Made by a program: the position numbers and the translations under genes. This document shows positions 44,997-54,888 of a DNA stretch of 64,000 nucleotides, piece by piece. This DNA comes from Armatimonadota bacterium (GTDB lineage Bacteria > Armatimonadota > UBA5829 > DTLH01): contig JBDKUN010000030.1 of NCBI GenBank assembly GCA_039679675.1, positions 743 to 64,742 of the forward strand, read 5' to 3'. Positions within the stretch are counted from its first letter, which is position 1; each line of letters begins with the position of its first letter. The notes beneath the pieces are model-generated. The model saw only the letters and a list, made by a program, of their open reading frames with translations. It searched no databases and was not told the DNA's origin.

Positions 44997-46088
44997 TTAC
45001 TTCCCGACCTTCCACAGCCGGGAGACTTCGTTGACATACCAAACGACGGGTTTGCACACCGAGTCCATGGCTGCCGCAAAGCCCACATCCGTCGTCTGGA
45101 GCTTTACCGGCGCTCCATTTGGAGGCGTGGGGTTGTCCATAGACATGGATTCCTTGAAATTGAGGTCATCCAGGCTGGCTGCCCAGCGTTTATTGGCTTT
45201 AAAGTACCTCTTCTGGGCGTAATAGACTTCCATCAGATAGTTACGGATGGGTTCATCGGGGTCTCGGACGAACTCAACTTCGCCTTTACCGGCAACGGTG
45301 TTCGTAAACTGCACATATCCCCATCTTTCCGGCAGATGGATGTTGCGGGCATACTGAGGTGTCCATGTCTGGTCGTTCGAGAGCCTGTTTTTCACCTTTT
45401 CATACTTGCCGTCGACGATCTCATGGTCCCACTCGACCCGTGAGAAGTTGACTCTCCACTGGTCTCCCTCTCCCGGAGGTGTCCGCATATAAGCGCATTC
45501 CCTCAGCACTGCCCAGGGGATCGCAAACTCTACTGTCCAGCCTTTGTCCACATCGCTCGAATCGTTCAAGGTGCCGTCTACATGCACAGCGTGCTTTAAG
45601 CCGTTGATGTCCCAGTTATATATCGCTGGAGCGCCGTCACGGTAGGGCTTTACCAAAAACAGGTCCCATACTGTGTTGAGCGCGTTTATCTCGATCTCGT
45701 AATACAGGTGTGTGTCGCCGTCCGGGTCGATGAACACCTCGAAATCGTTGTCCATGTATATAATCGAGTCGCGCTTCGTGAGAGTCCCCCACACATGCGG
45801 CTCCTCCATCTCGGCGGCGATGTAGAAATACTCATCGTCCCACAGCATCTTCACCCTTGTTTTGTACCGGGGTTTGGGCTGCACATCCCCTTCGATGTCG
45901 GCAAAATAATTCGTCCACGGAGCGTTTTTCCAGGACTCCTCGTCCATCTTGCCGTCTATTTCAATCGGACCGGATGCGCGGTAGCAGATATAGCCGTACG
46001 GCGGCTTGATAGGATGCTCAGGCTGTTCGGGATACCTCTCGGCAACTACGGCCTCAGGTGTAGTGTCTGATTTTGACTCGCTATTCAA
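44997..46088 (-). CDS. CBM9-like / DOMON-like carbohydrate-binding domain protein
   Basis: IEIDGKMDEESWKNAPWTNYFADIEG...KMLWDDEYFYIAAEMEE resembles family-9 carbohydrate-binding module proteins; no obvious signal peptide. Confidence 0.5.
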   Translation of the reverse strand: MNSESKSDTTPEAVVAERYPEQPEHPIKPPYGYICYRASGPIEIDGKMDEESWKNAPWTNYFADIEGDVQPKPRYKTRVKMLWDDEYFYIAAEMEEPHVWGTLTKRDSIIYMDNDFEVFIDPDGDTHLYYEIEINALNTVWDLFLVKPYRDGAPAIYNWDINGLKHAVHVDGTLNDSSDVDKGWTVEFAIPWAVLRECAYMRTPPGEGDQWRVNFSRVEWDHEIVDGKYEKVKNRLSNDQTWTPQYARNIHLPERWGYVQFTNTVAGKGEVEFVRDPDEPIRNYLMEVYYAQKRYFKANKRWAASLDDLNFKESMSMDNPTPPNGAPVKLQTTDVGFAAAMDSVCKPVVWYVNEVSRLWKVGK

Positions 46089-46180
46089 AATGACTTTCTC
46101 CTCAATTTCGTTTTCTGACTTTAATGATTTCTATAGCGGCGGTCTAATTCCTCTGTAGAAGTGACTGCGTTAGGTGCTTA

Positions 46181-46543
46181 TTAAATGCTCACTTTACGCC
46201 ACATGAGCTGCATTATGAACGACATCGCAGCCAAAAGCCCGAACAGAACGGCCAGCCATACAAAACCCTTAACTAACGCTGCTATGAAGAGGCAGAGCAT
46301 CACGATAAAGCGAAATCTGGAGAATCTGCGGGAATAACCTGCGGCAGTCTGGACAGTTATACTGCCGTCTTCCACACGCTTAGCCCCAATCAATGTCAAG
46401 AGCCATGAAGCTGCTGCTACAATCAGGGCTATCGATATCATCGCAGCCGCGGCTGTCCCCCATGGGCCTCGTGTAAAGACGAATACTACCGCGACAACTG
46501 CCAACTTAATGCATACCAATACCAGCCACCACGATTTCCTCAA
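46181..46543 (-). CDS. Small membrane protein, hypothetical
   Basis: 120 aa, 3-4 hydrophobic helices, no motif. Confidence 0.4.
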   Translation of the reverse strand: MRKSWWLVLVCIKLAVVAVVFVFTRGPWGTAAAAMISIALIVAAASWLLTLIGAKRVEDGSITVQTAAGYSRRFSRFRFIVMLCLFIAALVKGFVWLAVLFGLLAAMSFIMQLMWRKVSI

Positions 46544-46695
46544 AGCTCTATTCTCCTTTACTTTAATAAGCGTTTTTGTTTCGCAAACAGGAATATATCA
46601 GTAAATACCGGCAGCTTTAATCAGAAAACTTTCGAGCCAATCAAAATCCCGCCTCTCAACCCCCTTGGCACGCAGTGCCTGGAGTATTATAAGCA

Positions 46696-46995
46696 TCAGC
46701 TGATCCTTAAGGCGATATCACGGCCAAGGCAATGATTCTCCTCGTAAAGAATCAGGTCAAATAGTGACCCAGACCCGCCCCAAAAGTTATTGCTGATCGC
46801 TTCCTTCATTGCCGTATTCGGGTCTTCATCCAGCAGTTGCAAGATTTTCTCTACATAAGACGCAAAATGGTAAGCTTTTGCGCGCTCAAGCAACTCATAG
46901 AGTTCTTTTAGCGCTGAATGAAGCTGCTCATCAGCAGAATCAATATCGTTCAGCATATTTTCGCCCGCCTGTTCGTCATTCATGAGTTCAGCCAA
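46696..46995 (-). CDS. Small acidic hypothetical protein
   Basis: 99 aa, acidic helical N-terminus, WGGSGSLFDLIL motif; no assignable family. Confidence 0.35.
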   Translation of the reverse strand: MAELMNDEQAGENMLNDIDSADEQLHSALKELYELLERAKAYHFASYVEKILQLLDEDPNTAMKEAISNNFWGGSGSLFDLILYEENHCLGRDIALRIS

Positions 46996-47127
46996 CCGAA
47001 TGTTACGCCACTATACTGCACCAGTCAATAGTTTAACACTAAATCAGGCATGCCCAAAGCTGTTTCTCATCAAGACTTCACGCCTGGCAGCATATGCCTT
47101 ATAATCGTATAAAACGAGGGTTGAGTA

Positions 47128-47682
47128 ATGAGCATATTTTCGACAGTGGAAACCGAGAGGCTGGTCTTGAGACCACTTACGCCTCAGGATGTAGATTTCA
47201 TATACAGGCACTTTTCGGATGAAGATGTCTGCAGGTATCTGTTCGACGCTGAGCCGCTGACAAGTATCGATGGGGCACAGGCGATAATCGACTTCTACGT
47301 AAATTCGGAAAATCACGACCGGAACAGGTGGTGCATCATCAATAAAGAATCCAATAAAACGATCGGCACATGCGGTTATCACCGTTGGGATAAAACGAAT
47401 AACATAGCAGAGCTTGGTTATGATATGGAACGCGGGTCATGGGGACATGGTTATATGCAGGAAGCCCTGAACGCGGCGTTCAAGGCAGGTTTCTGCACTA
47501 CGAACCTGAACCGGATAGAGGCATTCACATCCGTTGAGAACGAAAGGTCCATCAAGATTCTAAAAAGGCTCGGATTTACCAAAGAAGGAATTGTCAGGAG
47601 CAAACACTATTTCCGGGGAGAGTATTACGATCATTACTGCTTTTCACTTCTAAGGCGAGAGTGGACCGGCAACTGCGTTTGA
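47128..47682 (+). CDS. GNAT family N-acetyltransferase (RimL/Acetyltransf_3-like)
   Basis: ETERLVLRPLTPQDVDFIYRHFSDEDVCRYL N-terminus typical of RimJ/RimL-like GNATs; 184 aa. Confidence 0.8.
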   Translation: MSIFSTVETERLVLRPLTPQDVDFIYRHFSDEDVCRYLFDAEPLTSIDGAQAIIDFYVNSENHDRNRWCIINKESNKTIGTCGYHRWDKTNNIAELGYDMERGSWGHGYMQEALNAAFKAGFCTTNLNRIEAFTSVENERSIKILKRLGFTKEGIVRSKHYFRGEYYDHYCFSLLRREWTGNCV

Positions 47683-47693
47683 GATAATACCGG

Positions 47694-48980
47694 CTATACC
47701 GTGTCTGTCCGGCCTGTCTTGCCGATACTCCGAACTAACAAAATGGCGGCTAGTGTTCCCAGTATGATTAGAACCAAAAGCGGAGTGTACGAGTCCAGAG
47801 TGAGAATCCCTATGCGGCCCGATATATGCTTCGCATGCTCAAGTATGAAACCCGCCAAAATCGGGCTCAAGCCGCCGATCAAGCCTGACCAGGCATAATA
47901 GAGCGCCATGTACCTGGTGCTATTATCTGCCGGTACCAGGTTCACGTACATAATCTGCAAGGAGGCAGTCGTATTCCCCGTCGTGAAAGCTCCTGAGCCG
48001 AACATTATCGCCGAAGCAGCCAAAAAACTCCACTCACTGTGCCTGGGCATCAGCATCAGAAAGATCGGGACCATCAGACTTAATCTCAGGCAAAACAGGA
48101 GCGCCCGCTTTCCCCCGTACTTATCTGCTGCCCATCCCCACACATAGCTGATCACACCACCCAGTGACGCGGCAATCGAGAGCAGCACGACATTTGCGGA
48201 TGAAATTCCCACCTCATGCGCGAAATAAAGAGGGAAGAAAGCTGCGATTCCAACAGTGAATGCAATTGCGCCGATTCCGAGGAGGTATCGCAGGAAGTTG
48301 GGGTCCCTGGCCGGATCGATAATATCCCTGAAATACCTTGTTTCCGATGAATCCACACTTTGAGGAGCGCCGCCCGGTATACGGGTTGAAGACCAGACCG
48401 CTATAAAGCCGAAAAATATGCCTATGGCCATCAAGAGCATGAATGAGTTCAAGGTGTCAGAGCGCCCGATTACATATCCGGCGAACCCAATCGATATTAT
48501 GGTTATAACGTTAGCTACCACGCTGTTCGTAGCAAAAAACCTGCCGCGTATGTCATCCGGTATTACTTCCTGAAGCCAGGGGTAAAACGCACTTTCCCCG
48601 ACCGCGCGGCATATGGCAAACATCAGGATAACAGCAGCAACGAAGGTAAAAGCACTGCCTGCGCCATACCGAAATAGCACCAATGGGGTCAAAAGCAGAA
48701 AGCATGTCACGATCTTTCGCGCGCCCCAGAAGATAACGAGCGTGCGCTTCAGCCCAAACCGCGCGATATGCGGCGCTATGAAGAGCGCTACGACGCCGCA
48801 GAACGGAAACAGAGAGAGAATGAAACCTATCCGGCTCTTCGGCAGGCCGAGCTTATCCAGAAAGAGGATAAACACATTTCCAAACACCGTCAGCGTCGTA
48901 AAGATGGTATTTGCTGCCGCGAAGGCGTAGTTCCACCTTAAGCTCCGGATTTTCTGGGCATACGTCAGCTGCTCAACCAT
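47694..48980 (-). CDS. MFS transporter
   Basis: 428 aa, 12 predicted TM helices, GxxxDKxGxR-like loop (WAADKYGGKRALLF). Confidence 0.75.
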   Translation of the reverse strand: MVEQLTYAQKIRSLRWNYAFAAANTIFTTLTVFGNVFILFLDKLGLPKSRIGFILSLFPFCGVVALFIAPHIARFGLKRTLVIFWGARKIVTCFLLLTPLVLFRYGAGSAFTFVAAVILMFAICRAVGESAFYPWLQEVIPDDIRGRFFATNSVVANVITIISIGFAGYVIGRSDTLNSFMLLMAIGIFFGFIAVWSSTRIPGGAPQSVDSSETRYFRDIIDPARDPNFLRYLLGIGAIAFTVGIAAFFPLYFAHEVGISSANVVLLSIAASLGGVISYVWGWAADKYGGKRALLFCLRLSLMVPIFLMLMPRHSEWSFLAASAIMFGSGAFTTGNTTASLQIMYVNLVPADNSTRYMALYYAWSGLIGGLSPILAGFILEHAKHISGRIGILTLDSYTPLLVLIILGTLAAILLVRSIGKTGRTDTV

Positions 48981-48985
48981 TTCAG

Positions 48986-49813
48986 TTATTTTCTGCCCTT
49001 TTCTGCTCCCTTTGAATGCCGAAGGTTGTGCAGCCCCTGGTTCAGGATGTGCAGCGGAGTAACCTTCGCTGCAAAATCCTGAAGCGGTTTTCTGGCTGAT
49101 ACGCTGACTCTTCGGAGTGCATACAAGTCATTATGCCAGATGGTTGTCCCACTGGATATTGCCAGTGCAGCTTTATAAGAGGCACTTGCCAGCCGCCTGA
49201 CACGGCCGTCGAAGTTCCCGTAAGGGTAACAGAGAAAGTCTACCGGCACGTTCAGCAATGACTCAAGAGCTTTCTTGCTGTCCGTCAGTTCTCTTGCTAT
49301 CTCTTCCTCTGTCAGTTCGGAAAGCCGTGGATGGCTTACTGTGTGAGCCCCAATTTCAAGCCCCGCATCCAGCCACTCACGGAGTTGATCGAGGTCCATT
49401 GTACGGCAGACCGGTCTTCCGGGCCGCTGCACCTCCCATTCATTTTGCTTGCCGATCCAGTCACTTATAACAAATACTATCGCTGTCATGCCGTGTTTTT
49501 TCAGCACAGGCATTGCGTTGGTGAAGTTATCCTCATATCCATCATCAAATGTTATGACAACCGGCTTTCGAGGAAGTGGAGTGCCTTTCGTAAGGTGATC
49601 GTGCAGCATACTCAGGTTGACCGTATGATACCCATGCGATGCCAGATATTCCATCTGGCGCCTAAAATCCTCAGGATGCACGCTCAGTCCGTCTCCGGGA
49701 AAATCCATTATGCGGTGGTACATCAGAATGGGAACTTCCCGTCTGAACCTAAGCCATAGATACATTAGGGCAGCTGATCCACATATTACTATCAAAATAC
49801 CAAATGGCATCAT
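48986..49813 (-). CDS. Polysaccharide deacetylase (NodB-homology, CE4) family protein
   Basis: VVITFDDGYEDNFTNAMPVLKKHGMTAIVFV (TFDDG motif), HTVSHP His motif, N-terminal TM anchor. Confidence 0.8.
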   Translation of the reverse strand: MMPFGILIVICGSAALMYLWLRFRREVPILMYHRIMDFPGDGLSVHPEDFRRQMEYLASHGYHTVNLSMLHDHLTKGTPLPRKPVVITFDDGYEDNFTNAMPVLKKHGMTAIVFVISDWIGKQNEWEVQRPGRPVCRTMDLDQLREWLDAGLEIGAHTVSHPRLSELTEEEIARELTDSKKALESLLNVPVDFLCYPYGNFDGRVRRLASASYKAALAISSGTTIWHNDLYALRRVSVSARKPLQDFAAKVTPLHILNQGLHNLRHSKGAEKGRK

Positions 49814-50970
49814 TATATTTTATCCGCCTTATGATGCTCTATCAGCACTTGATTATAGACCTGCTCAACACAGTCAGTCATCTGTTCAATATTAAATGAT
49901 TCAGCCACCCGTGTCCGGCCCTGCTGGCCAAGTTTCTTTCTCATATCTGGGTCCTTGCTCAACAGGTTCAGCTTCTCTGCCAATCCGTCTATATCTCCTG
50001 AAGGTATAAGGAAACCCGTGTGTCCATCTATCACAATCTCAGGTATACCCCCTACAGAGTAAGCTACAACCGGTTTCGCCATAGCCATAGCTTCAGCAAT
50101 AGCCAGTCCGAATGTCTCCTTATCAGAAGGCAGCGCCATAGCATCTATCGCATCGAGAACCGGAGTAATATCCACTAGATTTCCGAGAAAGTGCACGCGG
50201 TCCGTCAGTCCAAGGTTTGAAACCATTCTGCGCAGTCCGGGAAGGGCTTTCCCCTCGCCGGCTACAGCCAGGTGCCATGATTTTGCTTCAGGGCGCTCAG
50301 CCAGCAGGTGAATTAAATCTCTATGACCTTTATGGTTTTCTGAATAGATTCGCGCTATGATTCCGATAAGAAACCTGTCCTCCGGGATTTTCCATTTACG
50401 GCGAAACCCGGCACCTTGCCCGCGTGGAGTGAACCTTTCCATATCGATGCCGTTGTAAATGGTCACAAGCTTATCCTTGGGCACATTAGTGTTCGCTGCA
50501 GCCCAATCACTAAGGTACTGACTGACACACATCATACGGTCTGTCTGGGCAAGAACGACATCTGACGGTGAATGTCCAAAAAGGCTGTGAGCCGTCATCA
50601 CCCAGGGCAAGCCGGTTTGCTCACACATCTTCGCGACGCATTTGCCCGCTGTAGTCATGTTTGCATGGACCAGATCGACTTTTGCCCGACGCGCCACAAT
50701 CCGCAGCATCAGTGCGCCCAGCGGTTTGTAAAATCGCATGTTCACATAAAAATGAGTGATTCCCAGCTTATTAGCAATTGATTTTGCAAGAATCCCTCTC
50801 CCGGACGCAAGGATCACTCGGTAGCCGCGGCTCTTTAATGCGTGCGAGAGAGAAAGAACGCACCATTCAGCCCCGCCTATACGAAGTGAAGCTACTACAA
50901 GGAGCACTGTTGGCTTGCCCGGTAGAGAACCGCTCGAAGTCGTTTGTTCCTCACATTGACTGATAGACAT
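49813..50970 (-). CDS. Glycosyltransferase family 4 (GT4)
   Basis: EGFGLAIAEAMAMAKPVVAYSVGGIPEIV (E-x7-E GT4 motif). ORF starts with TTG at 51030; ATG at 50970 (MSISQ..) preferred; 1-bp overlap with deacetylase gene. Confidence 0.75.
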   Translation of the reverse strand: MSISQCEEQTTSSGSLPGKPTVLLVVASLRIGGAEWCVLSLSHALKSRGYRVILASGRGILAKSIANKLGITHFYVNMRFYKPLGALMLRIVARRAKVDLVHANMTTAGKCVAKMCEQTGLPWVMTAHSLFGHSPSDVVLAQTDRMMCVSQYLSDWAAANTNVPKDKLVTIYNGIDMERFTPRGQGAGFRRKWKIPEDRFLIGIIARIYSENHKGHRDLIHLLAERPEAKSWHLAVAGEGKALPGLRRMVSNLGLTDRVHFLGNLVDITPVLDAIDAMALPSDKETFGLAIAEAMAMAKPVVAYSVGGIPEIVIDGHTGFLIPSGDIDGLAEKLNLLSKDPDMRKKLGQQGRTRVAESFNIEQMTDCVEQVYNQVLIEHHKADKI

Positions 50971-51110
50971 CCGAGCATCCTGTGCTCCTCTTTTTTTAAT
51001 GCACAACATTCCTGCAGCGGTTCTCCTCAAGTCGTTATAGCTCGTTTGAATGAATAGATATTACATCAGTTAATGTTTCAGCGTAAAGCTGGGCTTGGGG
51101 TCCAAAGTAA

Positions 51111-51572
51111 TTAACGGGTGAATTCGATCAACCCAAGGCGGATGAGGCCTTCAACAGCAAATTTGTCCGCTTTGGTCTGTTTGTAGCGGCCGTTTCGCCC
51201 CTCCATGTGGTCGAGGTAGTGGGAGAACTCATGCAGGAATATCCCCACCATCAGGTGCTCAGCGCAGCTGAATTTCTCCGAACGGAGCTTCTGATAAGTC
51301 AACTCCCGCCCACGCAGGTCGGTCTTTTTGTAATATTCCGATGTCTTGAACGGCACTGTGACCGGATAACGGTTCGTGTGGTTTATCCTGAGCCGGATAA
51401 GCCTGCCGTCCGGCGTGGATTTTGTCCAGCGGTAGTACGTGCCGGATATGGAACGCCGAGACCCCACCGGACAGTATTTCACTTCGACAACCAGCCCGTC
51501 ATGGTCGTAGTCCGAAACAGACTCTTGAAATAAATGTTCGATGTTATATTTTGTGAGATTACGAATGATCAT
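51111..51572 (-). CDS. HExxH zinc-metallopeptidase-like small protein (SprT/DUF45-like)
   Basis: LHEFSHYLDHME contains an HExxH motif near the C-terminus; 153 aa; 14-bp overlap with the upstream membrane gene. Confidence 0.4.
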   Translation of the reverse strand: MIIRNLTKYNIEHLFQESVSDYDHDGLVVEVKYCPVGSRRSISGTYYRWTKSTPDGRLIRLRINHTNRYPVTVPFKTSEYYKKTDLRGRELTYQKLRSEKFSCAEHLMVGIFLHEFSHYLDHMEGRNGRYKQTKADKFAVEGLIRLGLIEFTR

Positions 51573-52815
51573 GTGGCCGGTAAATGCTTATTCCAATTAG
51601 TCCAAACACGAGTGCAAGGACAAATCCGAGGGCAAACGACTCTGCGATTGACGGGCCGAGCGTTATTGCAGCCTGGTTGGTAGTATTTTCGATGGTAAAG
51701 CTCGATTTCTGAACGAGCATGTAAAGCGGCGCAAATAGAGCCATAAGAACCGCGTAAGCTATGGCAATCCCGGCAGCAAGCTGCCCCTTTTTGACAGGCT
51801 TGTTCGATGTCTTTGCGGCGTGATGCCCTCCAAGAACGAGTGCCACGGCCGGAATGATAAGCGCGAGGTACGCGAGCGCCGGGACATGCTTCTTCTTGCC
51901 GTCCGTCTCGATTCCTCTGATGAGTCCGGCGCGCAGCTTGAACCCGCTTTCCTCATCGATAGTCGAAGACGCGCCTCCACGGACGGTCACTCCGTGCGAA
52001 ATGTAGTATGCAAGCCCGGACGCTGCAGGAAGGAGTGTCACAGCACTCTTGACCCGCTCGGTTTTTTCCGCTTTAGTGTGTCCTTTGAGTCCGAAGCCGA
52101 TGTATGCAGCAAACAGGAGGAAAAATATGAGCTGTCCGACCAGAAATGAGATCAGCGCGCCGCGTATCCATGCCGGAAGCCATGCATCTTTTCCGAAAAG
52201 GCCGTTTTTGATGGCTTTACAGCCGCCTAGTGCCCCAATTCCACCGAAAATTATCCCGAATATTAACCCATAGAATATCGTGCTGCCTATAGCAGGAATA
52301 AGTTTCGCTGCAATCAATTCGGGAGCGGGGTTCCATCCGCCTATTTCGAACTGCGGCAGATGGATGGCACCGGTCGTCGCCGTAAAGAACGGTCTTGCGA
52401 TCAAAAGGAAGATAACGTAAGGTATCGCAACGAGCGCTCCAGTCGTAAACCGGCCTGAGTCTTTTGCTCCGGCCAGCTTCGCGCTCGCCAGCCCTCCGAG
52501 CGCAAGCGCTATGGCCGGCACTACCGCCCACAGGGTCAGCGGCCATAAAATGTTCAGCGTCAGCCCCGGTATTCCTCCGGGCATACCGTTACCGGCTATA
52601 TTTATGTGGTGGATTGCGTAAAAGTTAAGCCCGGCACGGCCTATGAACTGGCTGATCGTCGATATTTTCCCAGATGGGATAATCAACCCAAGCCCAAGCA
52701 TTTGAAACCAGGCGCTCAACCCGAATCCCAATATGGCTGCGACGACCGCGCCCGATGCCGCGCCATAGACAAGCCTGACCCATCCTGGAGAGGCATTATT
52801 TTCAGTTTCCCGCAC
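51559..52815 (-). CDS. Polytopic Gly-rich membrane protein, unknown function
   Basis: 418 aa, about 10 hydrophobic helices; overlaps the HExxH gene. Confidence 0.5.
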   Translation of the reverse strand: MRETENNASPGWVRLVYGAASGAVVAAILGFGLSAWFQMLGLGLIIPSGKISTISQFIGRAGLNFYAIHHINIAGNGMPGGIPGLTLNILWPLTLWAVVPAIALALGGLASAKLAGAKDSGRFTTGALVAIPYVIFLLIARPFFTATTGAIHLPQFEIGGWNPAPELIAAKLIPAIGSTIFYGLIFGIIFGGIGALGGCKAIKNGLFGKDAWLPAWIRGALISFLVGQLIFFLLFAAYIGFGLKGHTKAEKTERVKSAVTLLPAASGLAYYISHGVTVRGGASSTIDEESGFKLRAGLIRGIETDGKKKHVPALAYLALIIPAVALVLGGHHAAKTSNKPVKKGQLAAGIAIAYAVLMALFAPLYMLVQKSSFTIENTTNQAAITLGPSIAESFALGFVLALVFGLIGISIYRPHDHS

Positions 52816-52844
52816 TACACAGTATCCTCGTATGAATTAATCGC

Positions 52845-53282
52845 TCAAAACGGCCATCTATCGGATCGGTAAAGTGCAAACGCCCCCGGTCCCGAAAGCA
52901 CGAGCGACAGCGCCATGGCTATAAGGGCAAGATTATACTCGAACCCGCCGCCTCCGGCAAAGAACCCTTTCCTCCCATGGATTAGGGCAACTGCCACAAC
53001 CATGTCTATGATTATTAAGACGCTCACAATCCGGGTGAATAGACCAATCACCAGAAAAAGGCCGCCAAGGAATTCCACGAGCGCTACAATCCATGCCGAA
53101 AATGCCGGCAGCGGAATACTGAGTGACTGCATAAACTGTGTAGTGCCGCTGATTCCGCCGCCGCCGAACAAGCCGAACAGCTTCTGCGCTCCATGGGCCA
53201 TAAAGATAATCCCAAGCACCAACCGGATAACGAACGGAGCCCAGATTGCGGCCGGTTTGAGATAAATCGAAAGATCAGGCAT
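52845..53282 (-). CDS. DoxX family membrane protein
   Basis: 145 aa, 4 TM helices, LGGLFLVIGLFTRI...ALIHG typical of DoxX. Confidence 0.7.
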   Translation of the reverse strand: MPDLSIYLKPAAIWAPFVIRLVLGIIFMAHGAQKLFGLFGGGGISGTTQFMQSLSIPLPAFSAWIVALVEFLGGLFLVIGLFTRIVSVLIIIDMVVAVALIHGRKGFFAGGGGFEYNLALIAMALSLVLSGPGAFALYRSDRWPF

Positions 53283-53478
53283 ATTTATCGCCTCCGTCTT
53301 CTGTTCCTACCATATTCGCTTCAGATAATATACCCGGCGGGCTGTAGATTAAAAGCCAAGATACGGTTTAGAGATGGCTGAGAGCCATGTGTCAGGTAAA
53401 AGCTGACCGCTATTTCTTGACATTGCAGCGCTATGTGCGGTTTCATGATGGGTATTACTTGGACAGCAGGAGGCGAAT

Positions 53479-54588
53479 ATGGCAGATTATAAAGCTAAGT
53501 ATTTCAGCAGAAATGAGGGTGAATTCCCGGATGAGATCACGATCATCGATACAAAGTATACCAAGGTCGATGACCTGCGTTACGGGACTAACCCGCATCA
53601 ATCAGCAGCTTATTACCGTCCCAAGGGGTCTTCAGGCCTGCCCTTCGCCGACATGGAGATACTGAAGACTGGTAAATCGGGGCTATCCGAGACCAACCTG
53701 TCCGATATTCATCACGGAATATCGATAGTCAAATACTTCGTCAACCCTGCATGCACGGTGATGAAGCACCTGAACCCAAGCGGCGCGGCGGTCTCTGGTG
53801 CCGGTGATACCCAGGCAGACGCCTACATCCACGCACGCGACGCAGACTCCCGCGCGGCGTTCGGAGGAACAGTCTGCTTCAACACACCTCTCGATGCAAC
53901 TACGGCTGAAGAGATTATGCAGTCGGTAGTCGAGGTTGTCGCTGCGCCGGACTTTGAAGATGGTGCGCTGGACGTGCTGAATGACTTCGCGAAGTTCAAG
54001 AAAAACAAAGAACTCCGCGCAATAAAGGTTCCGGGGATAGCTGCACTGCCGAAATTCGTCGGCGATCCCGCAGCACCGACTATCAAAGTCCTCGGAGACG
54101 GTTCCTTGATTCTTGCAGAGCCGCTTTTAACGAAGATTCGGACTGCGGCAGACCTTCAGCCTGCCGTAACGGACCACCCGAAGCAGGGACATTTCGAGAT
54201 AGCGCGGGTCCCTACCGAGCAGGAATACGACGATCTTATTTTCTCATGGTATGTGAACCTGAATGTCCGTTCGAACGGCATTGTCATCGCGCGCGACGGC
54301 GTAACGCTTGCGGTCGGCACGGGCGAGCAGGACAGGGTAGGCGCAGTCGAGCAGGCTATCGATAAGGCGAAGCGCAAGTTCGTCGGCGATGCTGATCTCA
54401 AGGGTGCGGTGCTGTCATCTGACGGCTTCTTCCCCATGCGGGACTCGATAGATATATGCGCTGCTGAAGGTATCACAGCAATCGTCCAGCCGGGCGGCTC
54501 CGTGCGCGACTGGGAAGTCATCCAGGCCGCGAACGAGCACGGCATTGCTATGGTATTCACTGATGAGAGGATATTCTCGCATCACTAA
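53479..54588 (+). CDS. Stand-alone AICAR transformylase domain protein (PurH C-terminal domain-like, no IMP cyclohydrolase/MGS domain)
   Basis: LRYGTNPHQ (compare PurH LRYGENPHQ), VVAAPDFE, C-terminal AIVQPGGSVRDWEVIQAANEHGIAMVFTDERIFSHH mirrors the PurH C-terminus; 369 aa. Confidence 0.7.
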   Translation: MADYKAKYFSRNEGEFPDEITIIDTKYTKVDDLRYGTNPHQSAAYYRPKGSSGLPFADMEILKTGKSGLSETNLSDIHHGISIVKYFVNPACTVMKHLNPSGAAVSGAGDTQADAYIHARDADSRAAFGGTVCFNTPLDATTAEEIMQSVVEVVAAPDFEDGALDVLNDFAKFKKNKELRAIKVPGIAALPKFVGDPAAPTIKVLGDGSLILAEPLLTKIRTAADLQPAVTDHPKQGHFEIARVPTEQEYDDLIFSWYVNLNVRSNGIVIARDGVTLAVGTGEQDRVGAVEQAIDKAKRKFVGDADLKGAVLSSDGFFPMRDSIDICAAEGITAIVQPGGSVRDWEVIQAANEHGIAMVFTDERIFSHH

Positions 54589-54604
54589 GGTAAGATTTAG
54601 AGTG

Positions 54605-54637
54605 TGGCCGGGCTGAAGTCCCGGCCTTTTTCTTTTT
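54605..54637 (+). terminator. Rho-independent terminator after purH-like gene
   Basis: ggccgggc-tgaagt-cccggcc hairpin followed by tttttcttttt, 17 nt after the stop. Confidence 0.7.
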
Positions 54638-54888
54638 GAACCGCGGAGACGCGGAATAATGGGAAACGCGGAAGGTAGAGATTTACAGCATTTACTCTTA
54701 TGCTACAAATCTCTGCCAATCTCTTTGGAGTGCGGAAGCTGGCGCTTCCGCTTTTCTATCGGCATACTCTATCCCGTCCTATGCGTCGGGCCCCGTGGAC
54801 CCACTGGACCACGGGGAGAAACACAATTTTCTACTAATTTGGCAAGCTAGCTTTGATGCAAACTACAAGCATCCGAAGGAAGGACGAT

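Noticed and set aside
53283-53478. ZTP (pfl) or purine riboswitch upstream of the purH-like gene
   Set aside because: I could not identify the conserved GGGUCGUGAC / CCGCCUGGGC-type pseudoknot elements or a purine-riboswitch core by eye. It is left as a low-priority check (see finding).
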